Source of the DNA: Octopus bimaculoides
Lineage: Eukaryota
Reading direction: 5' to 3'
DNA: 44,432 bases
Assembly: GCF_001194135.2 (NCBI RefSeq)
Contig: NC_068991.1
Location: 74,592,747 to 74,637,178 of the forward strand
Each line of letters begins with the position of its first letter. The stretch's first letter is position 1. This document shows positions 1 to 12,468 of this stretch, piece by piece. Under the pieces are notes generated by a model. It was given only the letters and a program-made list of their open reading frames with translations. It ran no database searches and was not told the origin of the DNA. The position numbers and the translations under genes were made by a program.

Positions 1-57
<57 letters not shown>

Positions 58-262
58 TGTGTGTGTGTGTGAGAGAGAGAGAGAGAATGTGGGTGTATTT
101 ATGTAAAAGGGAGATGAAAGTTAGTGTGTGTGAGAGAGAATTAGAGAAAGAAGAGAGAAAGATAGACAGAGAGACAGAGAGACAGAGAGACAGACAGACA
201 GACAGACAGACAGGCAGGCAGGCAGAGTCAGGCAGGCAGACAGACAGCTTGACAGAGAAATA
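1..262 (+). repeat. Compound (GT)n/(GA)n/(GACA)n/(GGCA)n microsatellite; many similar tracts elsewhere (e.g. 3368-3492, 13799-13880, 15884-15990, 38059-38200, 42942-43099)
   Basis: Read directly. Confidence 0.95.
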
Positions 263-418
263 AAGAATGTGAGAGAAAGAATGAAGAAGGAAAAGATTAT
301 AAAAGATATGATGGGAATATTTAATTCTGCAACGTTCAGATTCGGAATGACCACCTTAGAAATGTTCAACTTTGTAATGATCAGCTTTGTAAAGAATACT
401 GCATAAGGAATAACTTAC

Positions 419-491
419 CAAAATACGGGCAAATGACGACATCATACTTCCAATACTGTCACATAACGTCAGAAATCCCAAACCGATGTTT
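419..491 (-). CDS. SLC22 exon TM11: (R)NIGLGFLTLCDSIGSMMSSFARIL
   Basis: TTTCAG acceptor at 493-492, TTG|GTAAGT donor at 418. 73 bp, completes the AG|A Arg codon. N.GLG...IG motif. Confidence 0.92.
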
Positions 492-3385
492 CTGAAAGTA
501 TAGAAATTAATTTTGAGGTCGTGAGTTCGATTCCTAGAGTGGGAAGCGATTTATGTCCTTAAACAAGACATTTCTTTTCATGTTGATCCGGTCTCTTCAA
601 TTGCAAGTAAGTGCCAGCGTAGTGCTGGTTCTGTCCTCTCTCCCTCGTGATGATTTTCCAGGTCTATGTTTGCACGTGATTTCATGGACATCTAACGTTA
701 TTAATGACTGCATGACACGTCACTAGATCCCATTCGCTTGTGAGTGACGGCTACGGCGGGTTTTCTGGTATGAATATGACTAAACTAATTCATATCTACG
801 TGGTTGCTCGAACTGCTAAAAATTGGAGTATAATCTCCCTCAGAAATCCCCGTGCTACCTTACCAGAAAACCCCCACGCATTAGATAATGAGACGTGATC
901 TCTACTAAACACTACACTTGAAAGCATCGTGAAGCCGGGAATATTGTTTTATCAAAAGAATTCGTGCTCAGAAACTGTTGTTGGCACTCCGTCGCTTACG
1001 ACGTCGACGGTTCCAGTTGATCCGATTAACGGAACAGCCTGCTCGGGAAATTAACGTGCAACTGGCTGAGCACTCTAGAGACACATGTACCCTTAACGTA
1101 GTTCACGGAGATATTCAGCGTGACACAGCGTGACAAGGCTGACCCTTTAAATTACAGGCACAACAGAAAGAGGAAGTAAGAGTGAGAAAAGGTTGTGGTG
1201 AAAGAGTACAGCAGGGTTCACCACCATCCCCTGCCGGAGCCTCGTGGAACCTTAGGTGTTTTTGCTCAATAAACACTCACAACGCCCGGTCTGGGAATCG
1301 AAACTGCGATCCTATGATCACGAGTCCGCTGCCCTAACCACTGGGCAATTGCGCCTCCACGCTCAGAAACTAACCGTAAGCTAAACAACAATAGCAACGA
1401 GAGTAACGACACCCTCCCCGTCATATATGCATATATGTATAATAGACTAGAACCATTACATGGAAATGGCCTTGGAACGACTCAATGACCAGTAATTCTA
1501 CGGAAAACTAGATAGCAATGCTGATAAATGAAGTATAAGCAAAACTGGTAAACTTACCAACAAATCAAAGGATGACTTAGCAAAAAGGAGTTGGATTACC
1601 TCACCAAATTTGAAGTGAAAACAAGCAATTTTTATGGACTTCCTAAAATCCATAAATCCAAACAGATCAACAGCAGCTTAAAAGATCTCCATGTTCCATA
1701 TATAAAGGATTCCCAAACCAACTAATCTCAAATTGTGTCGGATTGTTGCAGGACCAGCGTCCGGCACTCAAAGATTAAGCAACTTGCTGCACATAATTTT
1801 AAAAACTTTCATGCAGATTAGTTCCCAGTTTCATCAGAGATGACATGGACTTCTTAAACCATATTCCAGAACTGGGAGATAAAAAAATGGTAGTAGTTGC
1901 TAGTCTCTACACAAATGTTACCCATATACATGGAAGAGAAGCGGCAGAATTCTGGATAAACAAACACCCACAAACAATTCCGGAGAGATTCTCAAAAGAA
2001 TTTATACTTGAAGGTGAAATTCCCAAGAATTGGGGTGAAATGCATGAGGAAGGGGGTGAAATGCACGAAGAGGGGGATGAAATGCCCGAGGATGGGGGAA
2101 AGCCTGAGGAGGAGGGTGAACAGGCCGAAGAGGGGGTAAAATGCCCAAGGAGGATTGAAAAGCACGAGGAGGGGATGCAGTGTCCGAGGAGTGAGGTGAA
2201 ATGCCCGAAGGGGGTTAAATTCTCCGAGGAAGGGAATTAAAATCCCAGAGGGGGTGAAAATCCCGAGGAGAGGGGTGAAAAGCCCGAGGAGGGGGTGAAA
2301 TGCCTGAGAGGAGTGAAAATCCCGAGGAAGGGGTGAAGGGGCGAAAATACCGGGAAGTGGAAATACCGAGGGGGCGAAATTACCGAGGAGGCGAAAATAT
2401 CGAGGAGGGGTGAAATGCTCGAGAATGGGGGTGAAATGCCCGAGGGGTGAAGGGGCGAAATTAACGAGGGGCGAAATTAACGAGGGGCGAAATTAACGAG
2501 GGGCGAAAATACCGGGAGGTGGAAAATACCGAAGGACGAAAATACCCAAGGGGACGAAATTACCGGGAGCTGGGGCGAAATTACCCAGGGGAATACCGCG
2601 GGGTGAAAATACAGAGAATACTAGAAAATGACTCCTTTTATGAAAACGTTGTAAATTATAGGCAGCAAAAAAACATTAAGAAAATCTTGCAACTTTAGTA
2701 CTCAATCATGGAAAAGGCCTGACAGAAAAAGAAAAAGACCACATCACAAACTTCAAATGCAAACCAAGCTTTTTCTATGGCCTCCCCAAAATCCATAAAA
2801 GTCAAATAATTACTAATGTGTTTGTATTGTTTTGTTAAGGTCATATAGTATTAAAGATTGATAAGGACATATAGTATTAAAGAGTGATAAAAACAAAATA
2901 CTACATACCTGAGGTTAGTAGGATATACTTCTGGTGCGTATAACCAAATTACGGTATTTGAAGCACTACTTCCAAACATGCCCATCATACTAAACACTGT
3001 ATTGATAATGGAAAATACTTTATTTTGTCCTGAAATGAGTAATTGTAAACGTTATTTCATTTTACGTCTGAAGAAAATATGGTTGTAGAAAAGTTACAAG
3101 TTCTTATTTTATAAGCGGCAATTTCAGATTTTTGCTATACGAGATTAATAGAACGTTCAAGGATATTTCTTCATACGAGTTGCTTATATTTTTGCTTACA
3201 TATTGTCTCCCAATATAAATCTGTTTGTATATAAGCCATTGCAATATTAACCATTTACCGGAGTTTTAAAATAGCTGTAAGGATTCTGTTTCAACCCTGT
3301 AATATATATATCCAGCATCTAATTCTCGCCATCTGTAATCTTTTGTCCAACAGACACGCACAAATACACACACACACATGTATGC

Positions 3386-3442
<57 letters not shown>

Positions 3443-6400
3443 TGTTTTTATGCATGTATGTATGTATGTATGTATGTGTTTGTGTGTGTATGTGTAAAGA
3501 AAACACGTACTAGTTAAGCTGCTTGTAACAGACTGGAAATTTCATAGTGAAAACATGTTATTTCTGTTTTACTGCCTCTGTCTTTATCTACTCCTCTCTC
3601 CCTCTCTCTCTCTCTCTCTCACACACTCTCTCTCTCTCTCACACACACTCTCTCTCTCTCTCTTACTCCCCCCCTCTCTCTCTCTCTTAGCCTTTCTATC
3701 TGTGTATATATTAATATGTGTAATCTGTGTACGCGAATTTTCGGTGAAGCAATATGAAGAAACTAACCACACGTATAACTATACCCTTTTCACTCCTCAC
3801 CAATAATCAATTAAAAGCCTTCATCTGGTTCAATAAGGCATTACGGTAACGATGAACAGACTACACGTGACGTAGTTTAAAGCACAGCAAGTTTCCGCCA
3901 TGAAACTGAGTCTGCCTATAAACAGTATTGCGATATTTAACCGGTTTCTCGCGTTCTAATTTCAAATCCTGCCGAGGTTAACTTTACCTTTTATTTTACT
4001 GGTGTCAATAAAATAAGCACCATCCAAGGGTGGTGAACTATTGCAATGTTTGGTACGTGGGACGGGGTGTCATGTGGTAGCTGTTCCGGTTCTTTGTCTT
4101 CTGAGTTCAAATCCAGCTGTGGGCCATTTGGGTGATCGACTTACTCCGCCACTCTGTCTAAACTCTATTACAACCTGGTACTGAGGACTCCACTCTGTTA
4201 TAAGCACTTGAATCAGGTTCCAGGTTGAGGATACTTTTCTCCATCCCTCTTTTGCCTCTTGGATGTCCTGAAAAAGGTCAGGTACACAGTCCTCTTCTCT
4301 AAGAAATATAAGCAGGCATCCTTCGAATCACAACTTGCCATCGTAAAATAAGAATCACTCAAGATTTTGAATGGAATAGTCAGATAACACTTTTTAGTAT
4401 AGGTACAAGACCTGTAATTTGGTGGGGAATAGGTTTATTGATTACATCAACCCCAGTACACAACTGGTACTTATTTTATGGATCTCGAAAGGATGAAATG
4501 CAATATCGACCTGAAAAGCAACTTTTACTCTTTGAAAGCGTTCCTTAGGAGGAAGAGAGTAAATCATGCTCAAATCAAGGATTAAGTTGGTACGACTGCT
4601 TGAAACAAGGATTAAGTTGACGGGTAATCTTATTCGGAGTATAAAAAAAAGGAGCAAAATTTATTATTATGCATCTACCGAGCAGGGTGCAGGGTTAACT
4701 CAGGGATAAACGACAATAAAAGCTGGTATTTTAGTTGTACTGAAACATTGAGTCAAAATCAACATACCTGCAAAGTTGTTAACCAGGACTGCACAAAGAA
4801 GAGACACACCAGCTAAACCCTGAAATAATGCCACTGTTGAACGTCTTTCTAGCCTGGAAAATTTAAGAAACACGTTTATATACATACATACATACATACA
4901 TACATACATGCATACATACATACATACATACACACACATACCTACATATATATATGCATATATNNNNNNNNNNNNNNNNNNNNNNNNNNNNNNNNNNNNN
5001 NNNNNTATATATATATATATATATATATATCCTTGTTTTAGGGTGTAAGGGAAAGGTTTGATGTACACACGAAAGAAATGATAGATAAAGTTAACTTTAT
5101 ATAAGACACTAAATCAACATTTCAATTTGAATTCTGAGTTGAACCTAAGATTTCTTCACCGACATATCTGCTGTCCTGGAAAATGGTACCAGCAATACAT
5201 TTCAGTTTCTTCATAATTTTTTGCTTTTATGCCTAAAGTGAGACATCTCTATTGTTTAAGTTACTTATAAATTTCGGTCGATAGAGGTTACACGTTTAGT
5301 GAAACCTTAAAACATAAACTAGAAAGAAATAATAAAGTTTGAGAAGAAGAGACCAAATGGAGGAGTGGGATTGAATAGTGTGGAAGACTGCATACGTATC
5401 TAACCCAGGAGCTTAATGGAACACCTATTCCGAAGTAAGGAAACCTTGCCAGTGTCTGTTAGGAATGCGGGAGTATTGAAAGCAGAGAAGAAAAGGAAAT
5501 AAAGGAAGAAGTACAAAAAGGACATGAAGAAGTATTATGTAACAAGGGATTACACAATCAATTCCATGCAGCCACAACTGAACTGGAACCCTCGTCGTCG
5601 TAACGGACAGAATGCCAAGAAGAAGAAGAAGGGGGAGGAGGTGGAGGAGGAGGAGGAGGAGAAGAAGAAGAAGAAGAAGAAGAAGAAGAAGAAGAAGAAG
5701 AAGAAGAAGAAGAAGAAGAAGAAGAAGAAGAAGAAGANNNNNNNNNNAGAAGAAGAAGAAGAAGAAGTCCACGCGCTGAATAACAACATGGATGTGCTAC
5801 ACCGGGCTCTCCATTCAAAAACAAATCTAATCTAATAACATCGGTGGAATAAGATAAAGAAACCCGTGGAAGACTAGAAGGAAGCGATCTTTTAACGAAA
5901 ATAATCACAAAAACGAAATTTTGCTGCCATATAAAGCACAGTTTCTCCCATGCACGATGTGCCAAAGTTTCTCCAATGCAATATGTGTGAAAGACATGCG
6001 AAATCAACGTCGGAAAGTTTACAAATTATAAAATATCATTGGAACAAAACAGTAAGTACGCAAATAGATTAATTACGCATACGCTCGAATGTCTACACAA
6101 TCATATATACATTTTAATGCCCTTAGGACTACACATACATCCCAATGTTTACACAACTACGTGAAATTTACAGGACACACATACACGCATATGAAAACAA
6201 TTGGGGGTTTTTTGTTTCGTTTGTGAAAACGAAGCAAAAAACCCCAATTTTTTTTTAATTTTTCGAACTAACACAGACAGAGTGAACAATTCATAAGTTT
6301 AAAAACACCACAAGAAACTATGCCCGGAGACAAATATATCAACAAAAAAATACATACTAATACAGATCTGTTAGCCTTAAAAAGCAACGTTACGAGCAAT

Positions 6401-8112
6401 GTTTTCATTCAGAGAATTAGGAGGCGGTGGTGTCTCAAAAAAATTAACCCTAAACAGACATATCCGTCCCCTAATATCAACGTCCACGCTCGTTATGCCT
6501 CAAGCAATAACAAAGCAAAATACAAACCGGTTCAGTCATCACCTGGAACATCAAGGGCTGCGTACCCGAGTGAGGAACCAGATTGAGTACGAAAAATCAG
6601 CTACTGGTTCAAATCCTCTCAAAAACAGGAGCTGGAAGTACCCCACAACCGGAATATTCCAACAGATGACCATCCTTGCTCATCATCAAATAACCAAAAT
6701 AAAAAGAATGTAAAATACTCTAGGGGAGATAATAAAGAAGTTCTTAAGGCCTTGTATCATGCCATGTATTTCCCAACAAATAAATCTAATACTGTACAAA
6801 CCTACTTAAACTGGAAACAGAAACACTTTGAAGTAAGACCCTACATAGACAGTAACAAACTTGCCAACGTCAGAAGAACCTGTCCAAAACCATGTTGTGA
6901 GACATATACCATACAAAATACTAATCTAAAATTTTAATAATATAAAATATTGAACAGTAAGATTATTACAATCATATAATATATAAGAGCAAATACTTTT
7001 AAAATTACAGCGAATACCATACACAGAAACATTCATCATAAAAATATTAATCTAAATATCAAATAAAGTATAAATTGAACAATAAAAATTAATACAATAA
7101 TATAATGTATAAAAGTAAGTACTTGTACATCGACTACGCGCGTTTCATGGCTGAATTAGGACTATATAAAATCATTTAAGAAAACCATATCCAAGTTCAT
7201 TAGAGCGGAAAACTGATTTTACTCCCAAAAGTAGTCACTCCTCAGGTCAAATTCCTAAAAAAACCTAAAACCTAAAAGTTTAACTTGCCTCATAATATGA
7301 TAAGGAATAAAAATAAGGAATGAAAAATATATATAAAGAAACAAAACCTGAAATGTAATCCCTAAGTTAAAGACATTAATATTATTATTAATAGTTACGA
7401 GCTAAAAATATTCAAATAGAGTATTATTGTGAACAAGATTAATTGATGATGGAAAAGGTAAATAAATGTAAATACGTGTTAGTGTATAAGGGACGTATGT
7501 CGATATTGTTTAGAATAAATTTAAAAATCATGGCTTATCTGCCGGCGAAATACTGTAAATTAAACCGAAATAAGTGTACTTTAGCATTTATACAGAAACG
7601 TCACGTGATAAATATGGCGTCCATTACCCAGAGATAAATACGTATTATATCTACTACAAAAATAACGAAATCATCGAAAAAGAAGGTCTACCTAAAGTAT
7701 ATTGTTTATTGAAGATTTAAAATACTTAAAACCTTTCGATCTACAAAAAATAATAACTATAACACATACGAAATTTATGTATTACGTAAATAATGCTATA
7801 AAACATTGTAAAAGAATGCACATATTGTCGTTGAATTCTTTATTAGTAAAAAAGTAGTTATTTATTCTAATTTTATATAATTATGTAATGTTTAAAGTGT
7901 ATTCTAAAGCTAATTATATGCATTTAACGCTACTAATCATAACTATGAAATTTATTCCCTANNNNNNNNNNNNNNNNNNNNNNNNNNNNNNNNNNNNNNN
8001 NNNNNNNNNNNNNNNNNNNNNNNNNNNNNNNNNNNNNNNNNNNNTATATATATATATACATATATATATATACATACATACATGCATATGCATGTGTGTA
8101 ATTGTGTGGTGT

Positions 8113-8156
<44 letters not shown>

Positions 8157-10176
8157 TGTGTGTGTACGTGTGTGTGTACGTGTGTGTGTACGTGTATGTC
8201 TCTTACCGGTGTTGACTTATTTACGTTACCTGTAATTTAGCAGTTCGGCAAAACAAGTGAACGCCAGAATAAGTAACAAACTATGAGGAAAAGACTAATG
8301 CTAGTGTCTATTTGACTAAAACACCTCAAGGCGATGCCCCAGCATGGTCAGAGCGCAATATGTACAATAAGTAAAATACAAAAGACAAAAATAAAACGAA
8401 GGAACAAAAGTAATGTATATTTACTTGAGAAGCAGCATGGCCATCACTATATTTGCGACGACTTCTGTAAGGGATACCAAAAAGAAATTCAAATAATGAT
8501 CTCCTGCCAGCGCAGACGACATCAAATATATGCCGTAGTACATTAGACTGTTCGACAACCTGAAATGTTTGAACAGTTAAAAAGTATTTAATAAAACATA
8601 CATTAAAACAATCGTTCTGTCGATAATAAATTTTCTCAATATTAACACTTATCTTTGCAGAAAATATACATATTCATATCTACACAACGCATCGAGCTGC
8701 GATCGTCATCAGTTCTTTTCATTCTTATATGTACATGGCTGGTTACTTAAGAAATTCTCTCTCTTTACGTCCATCAAACCCAAGTTCAACCCGAAAGCAT
8801 AGCATCTAAGGCAAGTAGGTTTTTTTTATTACTGTTATCTCAGATCGACTTTGAGTGAATCTGAGGTAGTCAGAGACTGTATAAAAGTCTGTCTGCTGGA
8901 GATTATACCTGTAATTTTAAAGGTCTAGCCTTGTCACGCAGATGTGTGTGTGTGTGTGTGTGTGNNNNNNNNNNNNNNNNNNNNNNNNNNNNNNNNNNNN
9001 NNNNNNNNNNNNNNNNNNNNNNNNNNNNNNNNNNNNNNNNNNNNNNNNNNNNNNNNNNNNNNNNNNNNNNNNNNNNNNNNNNNNNNNNNNNNNNNNNNNN
9101 NNNNNNNNNNNNNNNNNNNNNNNNNNNNNNNNNNNNNNNNNNNNNNNNNNNNNNNNNNNNNNNNNNNNNNNNNNNNNNNNNNNNNNNNNNNNNNNNNNNN
9201 NNNNNNNNNNNNNNNNNNNNNNNNNNNNNNNNNNNNNNNNNNNNNNNNNNNNNNNNNNNNNNNNNNNNNNNNNNNNNNNNNNNNNNNNNNNNNNNNNNNN
9301 NNNNNNNNNNNNNNNNNNNNNNNNNNNNNNNNNNNNNNNNNNNNNNNNNNNNNNNNNNNNNNNNNNNNNNNNNNNNNNNNNNNNNNNNNNNNNNNNNNNN
9401 NNNNNNNNNNNNNNNNNNNNNNNNNNNNNNNNNNNNNNNNNNNNNNNNNNNNNNNNNNNNNNNNNNNNNNNNNNNNNNNNNNNNNNNNNNNNNNNNNNNN
9501 NNNNNNNNNNNNNNNNNNNNNNNNNNNNNNNNNNNNNNNNNNNNNNNNNNNNNNNNNNNNNNNNNNNNNNNNNNNNNNNNNNNNNNNNNNNNNNNNNNNN
9601 NNNNNNNNNNNNNNNNNNNNNNNNNNNNNNNNNNNNNNNNNNNNNNNNNNNNNNNNNNNNNNNNNNNNNNNNNNNNNNNNNNNNNNNNNNNNNNNNNNNN
9701 NNNNNNNNNNNNNNNNNNNNNNNNNNNNNNNNNNNNNNNNNNNNNNNNNNNNNNNNNNNNNNNNNNNNNNNNNNNNNNNNNNNNNNNNNNNNNNNNNNNN
9801 NNNNNNGGAACCTGTTTATTGAGGTAAAATACAATTGAAAGAATAAGAGAATGAATGAATAAGTGAATGGGTGAATGAAAGAATGAAAATGTTTATTTTT
9901 CGAGATGAAGAACAATAAAGAGAAAAATAGGAAGAAATGGGAGGAGGAAAAAGGAGAAGCAAAAACTAGCAGCAGCGGGGGTTGCAGTAACAGTGCTAGA
10001 CTGAAACGGCAGCAACAGGAAGCAGCAGCAGTAGCAGTAGCAGCAGCACTGTTGCTGCTGCATTTTCAAGGGTCTGGGGACAGTTATGATCAATGTATGC
10101 AGTGGCTTGCTGTCAATAAATGTTATAGGGCCGAATGCATTGATTTAACTGGGGCTTATGAAACTGTTAAGATGGC

Positions 10177-10209
<33 letters not shown>

Positions 10210-10973
10210 CAGCATTGAAGGCGCGTGGCTTAGTGGTTAGGGTAATCGGCTCAAGATCACGAGGTCGTGAGTTCGATTCCAGGCAGCGCGTTGTGTCCTT
10301 GAGCAAAACACTTTTTTCACATTGCTCCAGTCCACTCAGCTGGCAAAAAATGAGTAGTACCTGTAATTCAAAAGGAGCCAGCATTGTCAGATTCGGTGTC
10401 ATGCTGAATCTCTCTGAGAACTAGGTTAAGAGTACACGTATCCGTGGAGTACTCAGCCACATGCACGTTAATTTCAGGAGCAGATTGTTCCGTTGATCGG
10501 ATGAACTGGAACCCTCGTCATTGCAACGGACAGAAGAAGAAGAAGAAGAAGAAGAAGAAGAAGAAGAAGAAGAAGAAGAAGAAGAAGAAGAAGAAGAAGA
10601 AGAAGAAGAAGAAGAAGAAGAAGAAGAAGAAGAAGAAGAAGAAGAAGAAGAAGAAGAAGAAGAAGAAGAAGAAGAAGAAGCGTGACCAACATGAAAAGGA
10701 TCGCTGAGAAAAAATTGTCAGGGTTAACCAAGTGAATCTGTTTCACTGATAAGATCGGAAGACACTCAATGTTTTTGTCAGTTGGATCCAAAGTTAAAAT
10801 CCACTCATAACAAATTAGTCTTTAGTTTCAAAAAAATTTGGATTAATTGATATTGTGGGTATTGTCTCTCTTGTTCAACTCTTTTGAATTTTAAGCAAAA
10901 GCTAGCGCAAGTTTCGTCTTCTAATTGCAAAGATAATCTCATTTAATAGAAGTTTTTCAATTCACTTTATCAC

Positions 10974-11037
<64 letters not shown>

Positions 11038-12406
11038 TCTTTCTAATATAATGCATACAAACATGTGCACAAACATTGAATTGTGTTGCATGAGAAGAGT
11101 GTTCAGGACATAAGGTAGAGTATTAAAAATAAAAATAAATAGTAAAAAAAAAACTTACCAGAATTGAAAGAATACAACAGCGTGTGTAGCTGAGAAGACG
11201 ATGTTATTTATTCTCCAGTTATAGTGTCGAAGCAAATAAGCAATAGGACCGAATGGCACGACAGACAAACTCCATACTATACCAGTTACGCCGCACATTA
11301 ATGTCTTACTAGAGACTGGAAAATGCTCCAGCATTATTGTAATACAAGATACTGAGAGACCCTATAAATAAATAAATAAATAAACAAATAATTATGGTTT
11401 CGAATTTCGCCACAAGGGCAGCAATTTTGGGGGAGGGGAGGATTCAACAACACCGACCCCAGTCTTCAGCTGGTACTTATTTTATCGACTCTCGAAGGAT
11501 GAAACGCAAAATTGGCTTCGGCGGAATTTGAACTCAGAACGTATGGACAGGCGAAATACCGCTAAGCACTTCGTCCAGCGAGTTAACGATTTTGCCAACT
11601 ATTATAATAATAATAATATCAATAATAATAATAATATTAATAATAATAACAATATTAATAATAGAAGCACTCATATGCGCAGCTCAGGAACAAGCGTTAA
11701 GGATCAATTATATGAAGTGCAGAATAGACAACACTACCGATAGCGACAAATGCAGAATGTGTGGTGAGAGGGGTGAAACGGTATGGCACATCGTTAGCGA
11801 ATGCCCGAAATTGGCACAACAGGAATACAAAAGACGCCCTGACAATGTGGCAAGAATAATCCATTGGGAGCTCTGTGGAAACCACAGCCTACAAAGAGCA
11901 AAGGCGTAGTATGAGAAAACTCCAGAAGGAGTCACTGAAAATGATAATTGCTAAATCCTGTGAGATGCAATGATCCAGTGCGATCATCTGACCAGACATC
12001 GGAAACCGGACATTGTTGTGGTGAATAAAAAAGAAAGAACGTGTATGATAATCGACATACCGTGCCTCGGTGACAGAAGGATCAATATGAAAGAAGAAGA
12101 AAAGAATAAACAACTATGAAGATTTGAAGTGGGAAGTACGAATGTCGTGGTCAATGAAGAGAGTAGACATATTACTAATACTATTGGTGCACTTGGAAGT
12201 ATCAGCACTCAACTACCAACATGGCTGAAAAAGATTGGTGCAAGTGCGAAGGTAGAACACCTACAGAAATCAACATTGCTTGGAACTGCAAAAATTCTGC
12301 ACAGCGTTTTTGAAGCATGACCAGTAAACAAGTGCCACCTTAGTCTGCTGGCTGTGGACAGCTGACACTTTCCATCATACCCAGCAAAATAAGCTGTGAA
12401 TTTTCA

Positions 12407-12468
<62 letters not shown>

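Noticed and set aside
1845-2240. 131-aa ORF as a host gene
   Set aside because: It is a Penelope RT fragment reading through into the G-rich minisatellite.
2013-2612. Repeat array as CRISPR-like locus
   Set aside because: Units are degenerate and contiguous with no unique spacers, there are no cas genes, and the context is a eukaryotic intron.
3255-3296. Possible micro-exon (TTACAG...CCG|GTAAAT, GLKQNPYSYFKTP)
   Set aside because: Exons 4853-4768 and 3029-2909 already splice in frame with normal spacing, and the peptide has no family resemblance.
5425-6007. Poly-K, poly-L and poly-S ORFs (also 10444-10791, 43676-43882)
   Set aside because: Translations of (AAG)n and (AAT)n microsatellites.
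8917-9915. Long ORFs spanning N-gaps (also 13106-13358, 17272-17874, 23369-23754, 37257-37712, 39389-39778, 42941-43865)
   Set aside because: Length comes from Ns and microsatellites, not coding sequence. The exception is the SLC22 start in ORF 17387-17944.
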